From Candidatus Iainarchaeum sp. (GTDB lineage: Archaea; Iainarchaeota; Iainarchaeia; Iainarchaeales; DTGL01), in contig JAWALG010000027.1 of the NCBI GenBank assembly GCA_038886995.1, forward strand, positions 1 to 12,695: 12,695 nucleotides of DNA. Reading direction: 5' to 3'. The notes beneath the pieces are model-generated. The model did not search any database. It had not been told where the DNA came from and was given only the letters and a program-made list of their open reading frames with translations. Positions within the stretch are counted from its first letter, which is position 1; every line of letters starts with the position of its first letter. Below are positions 1-7,634 of this stretch, piece by piece. Both the position numbers and the translations under genes were made by a program.

Positions 1-170
1 CTTATCTGCCACATCAGGAAAAAGAATATCATTAACGCGCATGTAGCAAATAGCGCTCTCACAAATGTATCAACGCTCAAGGCAATGCCATTGGAGATAA
101 AGGCACCCACTATTGACCCCACAGTAGTTGCAATTACAAGTTCAACAAACCTTCCAACGCCTTCAGCCAT
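1..170 (-). CDS. Small hydrophobic membrane protein, partial (runs off the left edge)
   Basis: Not in the ORF track; translated by hand from ATG at 170: MAEGVGRFVELVIATTVGSIVGAFISNGIALSVDTFVRALFATCALMIFFFLMWQI..., with no stop up to the window edge and two hydrophobic segments. TATA-like TTAAATAC lies at 198-191 on the minus strand. Confidence 0.7.
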   Translation of the reverse strand, partial: MAEGVGRFVELVIATTVGSIVGAFISNGIALSVDTFVRALFATCALMIFFFLMWQI

Positions 171-190
171 GAAAATATTAAACTCAGGCA

Positions 191-206
191 GTATTTAACC
201 TTTTCT
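191..206 (-). promoter_or_regulatory. Putative BRE/TATA promoter for the 1..170 gene (probably leaderless)
   Basis: Minus strand reads AGAAAAGG-TTAAATAC, with the TATA centre about 25 nt upstream of the ATG at 170 and no SD motif. Confidence 0.5.
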
Positions 207-213
207 GTGGTGA

Positions 214-233
214 TGTAAGGCAAATGCCTTACA
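214..233. promoter_or_regulatory. Perfect inverted repeat TGTAAGGCA-AA-TGCCTTACA, candidate operator in a divergent intergenic region
   Basis: The 9-bp arms at 214-222 and 225-233 are exact reverse complements with a 2-nt spacer. Confidence 0.55.
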
Positions 234-292
234 ATTAATCACTCTTTTTTTAACTCTTCTATTTATAATAGGCTTAATTGTCAGGTGATTCC

Positions 293-1558
293 ATGATGAA
301 AAACAAAATTTTTATTATAGCAATAGCAATTCTGCTTATTTCTGTTGTTTTTGCAGCAGCAATTCTCTTTATGTTCCCTTATGAGCCAAAAAACCCGCCA
401 AAGGTTGATGACTCTGGCTCAACGCCAGCAGGAATCCAAGAAGTAGTAAAAGCAAACAATAAGTTTGCTTTTGACCTTTATGCAAAATTCACTGAACCAG
501 AAAAAGGAAACGTGTTCTACTCACCTTACAGCATATCCTCTGCGCTTTCAATGACCTATGAAGGCGCCAGAGGTTTGACAGCAGAAGAAATGAAAAAAGT
601 TCTGCATTTGCCAGAAAGCAATGTTCTGAGGCCAAACTTTGCAGCAATTTACAACAAAATAAACGCGAAAGACAAGCCATTCGAGCTGAGGACAGGCAAT
701 GCGTTGTGGACACAAAAAAGTTATCCGTTCCTTAAAGAATACTTAGGCCTTGTAGAGAAATACTATGGCGGCAAAGCCGCAGACCTTGATTTTGTAAATG
801 AACCAGAAAAATCAAGGCAGACAATAAATAGCTTTATAGAAGAGCAGACGAATGGTAAAATAAAGGATCTAATTCCAGCAGGGATGATTGATAGGATGAC
901 AAGGTTAGTTCTAACAAACGCCATTTACTTCAAAGGCACTTGGCTTGTTGAGTTTGATCCAAAGGATACAAAGGAAGCTGATTTTACAGTAAGCCCAGGC
1001 AATACTGTGAAGGTCCAGATGATGCACATGGCGCCAAAAGAAAAGCAATTTAACTATGCTGAAACAGATGAGTTGCAGATATTGGAGTTGCCTTATAGTG
1101 GCGAAGAGCTTTCAATGCTAATACTTCTCCCAAAAGGGGATATTGCCTCTTTGGAGAAAAACCTTACAGAAGAGAAGCTCACAGAGTATAAAGGACTGAT
1201 GCAAAAGACAAAAATTGACTTAATTGAAATTCCAAAGTTCGAGATAAACACGAAGTATTTCATGGGAGAGCAACTTTCTGAAATGGGCATGCCAACCGCA
1301 TTTACTGAAGCAGCTGACTTTTCAGGAATAACTGGTAAGAAAGATCTTTACATCTCGGAAGTAGTTCACCAAGCCTATGTAAAGGTTGATGAAAAAGGCA
1401 CTGAGGCAGCAGCCGCAACTGCAGTAATAATGAAAGAGATTTCGGCAGGTCCAGGAAATTTATTCGTTGCTGATCACCCATTCATCTTCATAATACAGCA
1501 CAAAGAGACAGGCGCGATACTCTTCATGGGCAGGGTAATGAATCCAAACGCAAAATAA
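293..1558 (+). CDS. Serpin (serine protease inhibitor family) with N-terminal signal peptide or membrane anchor
   Basis: Serpin motifs NVFYSPYSISSALSMTYEGARG, LVLTNAIYFKGTW, hinge DEKGTEAAAAT and C-terminal FVADHPFIFII...ILFMGRVMNP. N-terminus is KNK followed by a long hydrophobic stretch. SD AGGTGA at 283-288 favours ATG 293 or 296 over the TTG at 278. Confidence 0.96.
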   Translation: MMKNKIFIIAIAILLISVVFAAAILFMFPYEPKNPPKVDDSGSTPAGIQEVVKANNKFAFDLYAKFTEPEKGNVFYSPYSISSALSMTYEGARGLTAEEMKKVLHLPESNVLRPNFAAIYNKINAKDKPFELRTGNALWTQKSYPFLKEYLGLVEKYYGGKAADLDFVNEPEKSRQTINSFIEEQTNGKIKDLIPAGMIDRMTRLVLTNAIYFKGTWLVEFDPKDTKEADFTVSPGNTVKVQMMHMAPKEKQFNYAETDELQILELPYSGEELSMLILLPKGDIASLEKNLTEEKLTEYKGLMQKTKIDLIEIPKFEINTKYFMGEQLSEMGMPTAFTEAADFSGITGKKDLYISEVVHQAYVKVDEKGTEAAAATAVIMKEISAGPGNLFVADHPFIFIIQHKETGAILFMGRVMNPNAK

Positions 1559-1572
1559 ACAAAAAATGCGCT

Positions 1573-2562
1573 TTAGTCCACAAAGGCACCAGCAACTACA
1601 AGGGGAAATATTAGCGTTGCATCGCCATAAACCTTTATCATTCTTCCATTTGACTTTATCTTGCCCCAACTGACTGCTTCGTCAGGCCTGGCGCCGCTGT
1701 CAGAGCCACCTTCTTCGGTTTCAGTTGTAATGTAGACAGCATACTCAGCACCATCGCGCAGCAGGTTTGCGTTGCACACATGGTGCTTTACAAAGCCACC
1801 GCCAAGCACAATGATACCTGTCTTTTCTGCATTTATTACAATCGACCCAAGCTTTACAATGTCATCAGCTATATCTAACTGGAAATCAGGCCTTTTCTGC
1901 TTGAAAAAGAAGATGTTATCTCCAATTGCACCATCTGTGAGTGCAGGGCAGAAGCATGGAATGTTGTTTTTTGTTGCCCAATAATAAATTGAGTTTTCAT
2001 CCTTTACTTCTTTGCCCAACTCATAAATAAATTCAGATGCGCCCATGATTCTTCCTGTCTGTGCTTGCTTTTTGTACATCTTTTCAAGGAACTTTTGCAT
2101 GAACCTTTCAAAGGCAATGTATCTGCTGTTTGGCACAATTATATTGCCTATTCGGTTGATGCCTTTTTCCCGAAGCTTTTTTCCTTCAAGGCCAAAGCTA
2201 CCCAAGAGGAATGGCTTCATGGTTTTTATTATATCTTCTTCCACACCGCCAGCAGTTGTTATAAGCACATGCACAAGATTTTTTTTCACAAGGTATGCTA
2301 TGACTTCTCTGAGGCCTGAGCTTACCATGTTTGAATTATATGCTAGGAAAATTTTTGCTTTTTCCTTGCGCATCTCTTTTATTATGTCACATGCAACTGC
2401 TAAGTGGCTTGCTTGAAAGCCAATATTTTTGTAGCTTTTCACAAAGTCCTTGAGCGAATACTCTTTGCTGAAGTCAGGCCCTTTTATTATTTCCCCGCGA
2501 AGCTCCACGGATCTCTTGAAGTCAGCTTTGTATGCTTTTTCAAGCTTTTTTTTATCTATCAA
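1573..2562 (-). CDS. dys: Deoxyhypusine synthase
   Basis: Motifs GFQASHL, SNMVSSGLRE, TTAGGVEEDIIK, GINRIGN, PALTDG, KHH and GSDSGARPDEAVSWGK (catalytic Lys). TTG start is preceded by SD-like AGGCGAT. Lies directly downstream of eif5a. Confidence 0.97.
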   Translation of the reverse strand: MIDKKKLEKAYKADFKRSVELRGEIIKGPDFSKEYSLKDFVKSYKNIGFQASHLAVACDIIKEMRKEKAKIFLAYNSNMVSSGLREVIAYLVKKNLVHVLITTAGGVEEDIIKTMKPFLLGSFGLEGKKLREKGINRIGNIIVPNSRYIAFERFMQKFLEKMYKKQAQTGRIMGASEFIYELGKEVKDENSIYYWATKNNIPCFCPALTDGAIGDNIFFFKQKRPDFQLDIADDIVKLGSIVINAEKTGIIVLGGGFVKHHVCNANLLRDGAEYAVYITTETEEGGSDSGARPDEAVSWGKIKSNGRMIKVYGDATLIFPLVVAGAFVD

Positions 2563-2580
2563 AAAATCGCCTTAGGATTT

Positions 2581-2979
2581 TTAATCAGCAGATTTTGATC
2601 TCAATATTGCTACCTTGTCACCATAACGCATGTATTCTACTTCTACGCCACTTTCGAGCTTTCCAAGATCTGGTGTTTTTCTTGCGTTCATTGTCTCGTA
2701 TGTCTTTAAGTCCATGATTTGCACAGTGTCGCCCATCACAGCAACAACAGTTGCATTGCTTCTCTGTATTATTGGCACTTCAACATCAGAATCAACAGGC
2801 CCAAGGAATGTCCTCTTTTGGTCATCAAAAACCCCAAAGCCAGTTATCCTGACCTTTGCCGCGCCATGCTTTCCCGGCTTACTTTTTTCAATAGCCCTTA
2901 TTTTGCATGGCTCGCCATCTATCATCATGTAGTTTCCTTCTTTCATCTGTCCTGCCTGCTTAAACATTTTTTCAGTCAT
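2581..2979 (-). CDS. eif5a: Translation factor aIF5A (eIF5A), 132 aa
   Basis: Hypusination motif KSKPGKHGAAK, plus VEVPIIQR and VQIMDLKTYET. Strong SD GGAGGTG (2991-2985) places the start at ATG 2979, not 3042. Confidence 0.97.
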   Translation of the reverse strand: MTEKMFKQAGQMKEGNYMMIDGEPCKIRAIEKSKPGKHGAAKVRITGFGVFDDQKRTFLGPVDSDVEVPIIQRSNATVVAVMGDTVQIMDLKTYETMNARKTPDLGKLESGVEVEYMRYGDKVAILRSKSAD

Positions 2980-3020
2980 AAATGCACCTCCTTTTAAACA
3001 TGCAACATTAACAAAATGCT

Positions 3021-3056
3021 TGGAAAAATATATAAAAGCCACATCTCTTAAATATT
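3021..3056. promoter_or_regulatory. Divergent TATA region shared by eif5a-dys and taw1
   Basis: Plus strand GGAAAAA-TATATAAA (TATA at 3029-3036) is about 29 nt before ATG 3065. The same element reads TTTATATA on the minus strand toward eif5a. Confidence 0.5.
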
Positions 3057-3064
3057 TGTGTTTT

Positions 3065-3997
3065 ATGCCAGCAAAGATGCTTGATGAATGGAAGCTTGCA
3101 AGGCTTCACCGTGCACAATACCGTGCAGTTGGAAATCACTCCGCAGTTAAGGTATGCCATTGGACAAAAGAGGCAGTCCGTGGCAACCTGCCTTGCTATA
3201 AACAAACATTTTATGGAATAAAGACAGCAAATTGCCTTGAAATGAGCCCAGCAATTACCTGCAACCAGCGCTGCTTGCACTGCTGGCGCGATACAACAAT
3301 TTTTTCCAAGGGCTGGATCGGACCTGTCGATGATCCAAAATTCATAATAGATGGCTGCATCGAGGAACGCAGAAAATTGCTGATTGGCTTCAGGGGCAAC
3401 AAGCTAGTCGACAAGAATTTCTTTGAAGAAGCATTAATTCCAAAACATGCTGCGATTTCCCTCACTGGTGAGCCATGTATGTATCCAAAGATTTCACAGC
3501 TAATAGATGAATTCTATGCCCGTGGCTTTGAATCTGTTTATCTTGTGACAAGTGGCACAGTGCCAGAGGCACTTGAAAACCTTAACAAGCTGCCGACCAA
3601 CCTTTACCTTTCACTAACTGCCTCCAATCCAATACAATATAAGCAGCTTTGCAAGCCAGTAGATCCTGACTGCTGGCAGCGCATCCAAAGGTCTTTGGAA
3701 ATAATGCGCAGCATTGACACTAACACAGTGATAAGAATTACATTGATAAATAACCTTAACACCGAAAACCCAAAAGAATTTGTGCAGTACATTGAAAAGG
3801 CAAAGCCAACCTATGTGGAATGCAAGGCCTACATGCATGTTGGTTATTCAAAAGACCGTTTAACAGAGGCCCATATGCCAAGCATGGAAAAGATAAGGTC
3901 TTTTGCAAAGGTGATTGAAGAAAGCTCAAATTATAAAGCAAAGACAGAGCGTACTGATTCAAGGGTTGTGCTTCTTGAAAGGTCTGCTAAGCGCTAA
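3065..3997 (+). CDS. taw1: 4-demethylwyosine synthase Taw1/TYW1 (radical SAM tRNA-Phe G37 modification enzyme), archaeal stand-alone form
   Basis: HSAVKVCHWT, CYK..FYGI...C (auxiliary cluster Cys and catalytic Lys), radical SAM motif CNQRCLHC-WR, HAAISLTGEP and KAYMHVGYS. Start is probably ATG 3065 (or 3077), because the TTG at 3020 overlaps the promoter. Confidence 0.95.
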   Translation: MPAKMLDEWKLARLHRAQYRAVGNHSAVKVCHWTKEAVRGNLPCYKQTFYGIKTANCLEMSPAITCNQRCLHCWRDTTIFSKGWIGPVDDPKFIIDGCIEERRKLLIGFRGNKLVDKNFFEEALIPKHAAISLTGEPCMYPKISQLIDEFYARGFESVYLVTSGTVPEALENLNKLPTNLYLSLTASNPIQYKQLCKPVDPDCWQRIQRSLEIMRSIDTNTVIRITLINNLNTENPKEFVQYIEKAKPTYVECKAYMHVGYSKDRLTEAHMPSMEKIRSFAKVIEESSNYKAKTERTDSRVVLLERSAKR

Positions 3998-4906
3998 CTA
4001 TGCTTTTCCAAGAAGCTTTAGCATAAGCGCTTTCTGCACATGCATCCTGTTTTCTGCCTGGTCAAAAACAACTGAATTTTTGCTGTACAAAACATCTTCC
4101 GTGACTTCTTGGCCAACATGCGCAGGCAAGCAATGCATAAACAATGCATCTTTTTTAGCAAGTGCCATAAGCCCAGAGTTTACCTGGAATGCTGGGAAAA
4201 CCTTCAACCTTTTTTCAGTTTCTTCTTCTTGGCCCATAGAAACCCAAGTGTCTGTATAAACAACATCCGCGTCCCTTACAGCATCTTGCGCTGAATTGTA
4301 AAGCATTACCTCTGAATGCCTCTTGGCTTCTTCAATTGCTCTTTGCAATGGCTCATAGCCCTTTGGGGTACCAATTGCAATCTTAGCGCCGAGCTTCGCG
4401 CCGCAGACAGTTAGCGAATTGCAAACATTGTTGCCATCGCCCACAAACGCAACTTTAAGGCCTTTTGCCCTCTTCTTTTTTTCAATTATTGTCATGAAAT
4501 CTGCGAGCGCTTGGCAAGGATGGAATAAATCGCATAAGGCATTTATTACCGGCTTATCTGCTGCCTTCGCTATTGCTTGTATTTCTTCATGCTTGTAAAC
4601 CCTTGCCATTATTATATCTACGTATCTATCAATGCATCTTATCTCTTCCTCAAGGCGCCCTTTTGTTAGGTTTGTGGTGCGCCAGTCCAAGTAAATAGCA
4701 TGGCCTCCAAGCTGTGTCATACCTGCCTCGAAGCTCAACCTTGTCCTTGTGGATGTTTTCATAAAAAGCATTGCAAGCGTTTTCTGCTTAAGCGCATTTT
4801 GGTATTTTTTCGGATTCTTCTTAACCTTTATCCCCAAATCAATTATTTCCTTTATCTCTTTTGGGCTATAATCAATTAGAGTCAGAAGGTCTTTACCTTT
4901 AAGCAA
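3998..4906 (-). CDS. argF: Ornithine carbamoyltransferase
   Basis: Motifs STRTR.SF, HPCQALAD, VGDGNNV, DTWVSMG, FMHCLP and FDQAENR. TTG start has SD GGGTGG at 4916-4911. Anabolic versus catabolic direction cannot be told from sequence. Confidence 0.95.
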   Translation of the reverse strand: MLKGKDLLTLIDYSPKEIKEIIDLGIKVKKNPKKYQNALKQKTLAMLFMKTSTRTRLSFEAGMTQLGGHAIYLDWRTTNLTKGRLEEEIRCIDRYVDIIMARVYKHEEIQAIAKAADKPVINALCDLFHPCQALADFMTIIEKKKRAKGLKVAFVGDGNNVCNSLTVCGAKLGAKIAIGTPKGYEPLQRAIEEAKRHSEVMLYNSAQDAVRDADVVYTDTWVSMGQEEETEKRLKVFPAFQVNSGLMALAKKDALFMHCLPAHVGQEVTEDVLYSKNSVVFDQAENRMHVQKALMLKLLGKA

Positions 4907-4963
4907 TAAACCACCCTTTGTTTATAGTGTAAGAAATTGTTAAATTCCTTTCCATGCAAACTT

Positions 4964-5617
4964 ATGCCAATGAAGCACAGAAAGGCAAAAAAGGTTCTTG
5001 AAGTCCTAAAGAAGCAATACCCTAATTTTTGTATAACACTTGGCAGAAACAGCTTCGAGATTCTCATAAGCACAATGTTGTCTGCACAAGCGAACGATAA
5101 GCAAACAATTCCAGCATCAAAGGAGCTTCTAAAAAGGTATAAAAGTCCACAAGATTTAGCCATGGCTAATGCTATGGATGTTGAAAGAACCATAAAAAGA
5201 ATAGGCCTTTACAAAACAAAAGCAAGGCGCGTAATTTTGGCTTCAAAAATTCTTGTTGAAAAATACAATGGCAAGGTTCCAAGCAAAATGGAAGAACTCA
5301 TAAAGCTACCCGGTGTCGGCAGGAAGACAGCCAACATTGTCTTAAGCAAGGCATTTGGAAAAGTAGAAGGTATTGCTGTTGATACGCATGTTTTTCGCGT
5401 CAGCAGGCGCTTAGGCCTTAGCCAAGGAAAAACAGCGCTAGCTGTTGAGAGAGACCTAATGGATCTTTACCCGCAAAGCGAATGGTGTTTGATAAACGAG
5501 ATTTTCATTGCGCATGGCAGGAACACGTGCAAGGCCAAGAGGCCTAATTGCAATATCTGCAAAATAAAAGCATACTGCGATTTCTACAAAAACAATAAGC
5601 CGATAAATCAGCACTAA
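4964..5617 (+). CDS. nth: Endonuclease III (HhH-GPD DNA glycosylase/AP lyase with 4Fe-4S cluster)
   Basis: LSAQ, HhH LIKLPGVGRKTANIVL (catalytic Lys), AVDTHVFRV (catalytic Asp) and C-x6-C-x2-C-x5-C (CKAKRPNCNICKIKAYC). Start is ATG 4964 or 4970. Confidence 0.96.
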   Translation: MPMKHRKAKKVLEVLKKQYPNFCITLGRNSFEILISTMLSAQANDKQTIPASKELLKRYKSPQDLAMANAMDVERTIKRIGLYKTKARRVILASKILVEKYNGKVPSKMEELIKLPGVGRKTANIVLSKAFGKVEGIAVDTHVFRVSRRLGLSQGKTALAVERDLMDLYPQSEWCLINEIFIAHGRNTCKAKRPNCNICKIKAYCDFYKNNKPINQH

Positions 5618-6276
5618 TTTGTCCAGCCGTACTTTCTTATAAGCTTTGATAGAGCAGTCCATATAATGTCAATCCTGTAAATGACAGATGCTCTATCTAT
5701 TAAATCATCTCTGTAAGCTCTTACCTCTTCTCTGTACTCTTTAGATTTGCTCTTTCTCACAGACAAAGACAATTCCAGAACTATATTATCAAAACCAACA
5801 AACAATGCCTCTTTTCTTTCAAGCGCCTTTTTTGTTATTGCATATGCTGTTGCCAACATCGGCCTATTTGTTCTTTGGGATACATGCACTTGGGGCACCA
5901 AGGTGCCACGCTCTTCCCTAAAGCCAATTCTTACTCCCAAAACTTCCAAGTCATTTAAGGTTTTGCGCTCTAATTCTTCAACCAAACTGAGCTGTCTAAG
6001 TGCTTTTATGTAATGTAGCGCAGGATTCTTTACAGGAATCCTTTCCTTAAGCTTTGCTGCTGCCTTAAGGCGCCTTTCTAAGCGCTTTGCATTATGCTGT
6101 CCATCGAAAATTTCAACATTGTATTTAGCTCCAAGGCCTGATAAATGAATATTTTTTGCTCTATCAAGCGACAACTTCAGGCCTCTTGTTTTTAAGCGAC
6201 CTTTTTTAGCCCTTTCATACAGAAGCATTCTTTCCCTTAGCAAAGGGCCTTTGAAAACAGCTTTTATCTTTGGCAT
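5614..6276 (-). CDS. Hypothetical highly basic protein, 220 aa
   Basis: ATG-started ORF filling the gap, stop overlapping the nth stop by 4 bp, TTTATAAA about 25 nt upstream. Hand count gives about 49 K/R versus about 25 D/E. No recognised motif. Confidence 0.8.
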   Translation of the reverse strand: MPKIKAVFKGPLLRERMLLYERAKKGRLKTRGLKLSLDRAKNIHLSGLGAKYNVEIFDGQHNAKRLERRLKAAAKLKERIPVKNPALHYIKALRQLSLVEELERKTLNDLEVLGVRIGFREERGTLVPQVHVSQRTNRPMLATAYAITKKALERKEALFVGFDNIVLELSLSVRKSKSKEYREEVRAYRDDLIDRASVIYRIDIIWTALSKLIRKYGWTN

Positions 6277-6315
6277 AAAAAGTAAATGAATTATAAAGTT
6301 TATAAAGAAGGAGCA

Positions 6316-6983
6316 TTATTTGACCAAGTGTTCTGCGCCTCTTAGCATAACCTTTATTTTAACGCTTTTTATAACATCAGGGCCAGAAGGCACCTCGAGC
6401 TTTCCTATCAAATGCCAATATATTGAAGGTATATATGAATAGAATTTTAATGATCCCACTTGCTTGTAATAGGTCTCTTCTTTTATGTCATTAGATATTG
6501 GGTCATATACATTGGCAGGGATTGGAATCTTAAAGTCATAATACTCATTCTGATACGTCTGTTCTGTGCCAAGATTCAAATCTTGGCTGTAAAAAATCTT
6601 TGAATTGGAACGTCTTCCTTTTTCATATAGATATATTATTGTCCCCTGTAAAGTAATTTTTAGCATTCTGGCTTTTATTGGCTTTTTCAGCATAAGGCGG
6701 ATTTTTCCCTTTATATCTTCGCCGACGTAATATTCCTTCTTATCTGTTTCAATCTCCATGCTGCCCAGAATTAAGTCCACAAAAGGCAGCGGTTTATCTG
6801 CAAAGAAAAACCAATTTTTTGACCAGGTTAGGGGACAAAAGAAAATAAAAAAAGCGATTGGAACTATCAAGAACAAAATTGAGTACTCATAACTCTTTGA
6901 TAAAAGGAGGGCCTGTAGGGCAAGGAGAAGCGTAAGTATAAAAACAAAAAAATCAAGATAATTAAATACTTATTATTGTTCAC
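6316..6983 (-). CDS. Arrestin N-domain/Spo0M-like protein with two predicted N-terminal TM helices; 5' end interrupted by a 1-nt frameshift
   Basis: C-terminal part resembles arrestin-N beta-sandwich proteins (KKEYYVGEDIKGKIRL..KPIKARMLKITLQG...YDFKIPIP...IYWHLIGKLEVP). The main frame is open from 6969 but has no standard start before TTG 6876. The SD (GGGGTG) and GTG at 6983 are in another frame and join the main frame by a -1 shift at the T7 run (6952-6946). Confidence 0.62.
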
Positions 6984-7046
6984 CTATAACACCCCTTCCT
7001 TTTATATTATTCACATCTCTCATTAAAAGCATTCTAATAGTGCCTG

Positions 7047-7619
7047 CTATTTCTTCCTCTTGTAATCAACCCTCTTGCCAACCAACCTAAAGTGCTCCTT
7101 GGCAACATGCATTATAAGGTTCATAGCGTCCAGATCTGGCTTATTTTCTTCTTTAAGGTATTTGCAAGTTCCACCAACAACTTTTCCAATAAGTAATACA
7201 TGATCTGACCCTTTCGGCTCAATTACCTCAGTAAGCTCACACTCAATCGTTGCAGGCGCTTCCTTCACGCTTGGCACAACAACCTTTTTGCTTGCCCACA
7301 TATGAAGGCCGAATTCTTGGAGTTCATTAATGCCACGAGGCAACTTTGCTTCGCAGTCAATTGCCTTCTGTGCAAACTCCTCAGAAACTAAGTTTATAAC
7401 AAACTGCTTCAGTTCCTTTGCAAACGCCTCTGTGTCTTTTCCTTTGCCAACTGCAATATAGCAAAGCGGCGGATCAATGCTTATAGGCCCAACAAAGGAG
7501 AAAGGCGCAGCATTCACCTTGCCTTCTTTGTTCATAGTAGTAACAAGTACTGTTATTCTCGGGCTTAAAAGCCAGAGTGCTCTCTCAGCTGATATTTCAA
7601 CCCTGCTTTCTTCCTTCAG
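7047..7619 (-). CDS. Flavin reductase-like (flavoredoxin/DIM6-NTAB family, FMN split-barrel) protein, about 190 aa
   Basis: Family pattern LLSPR.TVLVTT.N.EG.VNAAPFSF, DPPL, KDT, FVINLV, P.VKEA...IECEL and DH.L.IGKVV. The conserved N-terminal segment lies upstream of ATG 7535, and the best start is CTG at 7619. Confidence 0.88.
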   Translation of the reverse strand: MKEESRVEISAERALWLLSPRITVLVTTMNKEGKVNAAPFSFVGPISIDPPLCYIAVGKGKDTEAFAKELKQFVINLVSEEFAQKAIDCEAKLPRGINELQEFGLHMWASKKVVVPSVKEAPATIECELTEVIEPKGSDHVLLIGKVVGGTCKYLKEENKPDLDAMNLIMHVAKEHFRLVGKRVDYKRKK

Positions 7620-7634
7620 GTTATCACGCTCAGT

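Noticed and set aside
2980..3064. N-terminal extensions of eif5a (from 3042) and taw1 (from 3020) that would make the genes overlap
   Set aside because: The strong SD before ATG 2979 and the TATA element at 3029-3036 indicate an intergenic promoter region.
3998..4906. Putrescine or aspartate carbamoyltransferase assignment
   Set aside because: DxxxSMG together with HCLP is diagnostic of ornithine carbamoyltransferase.
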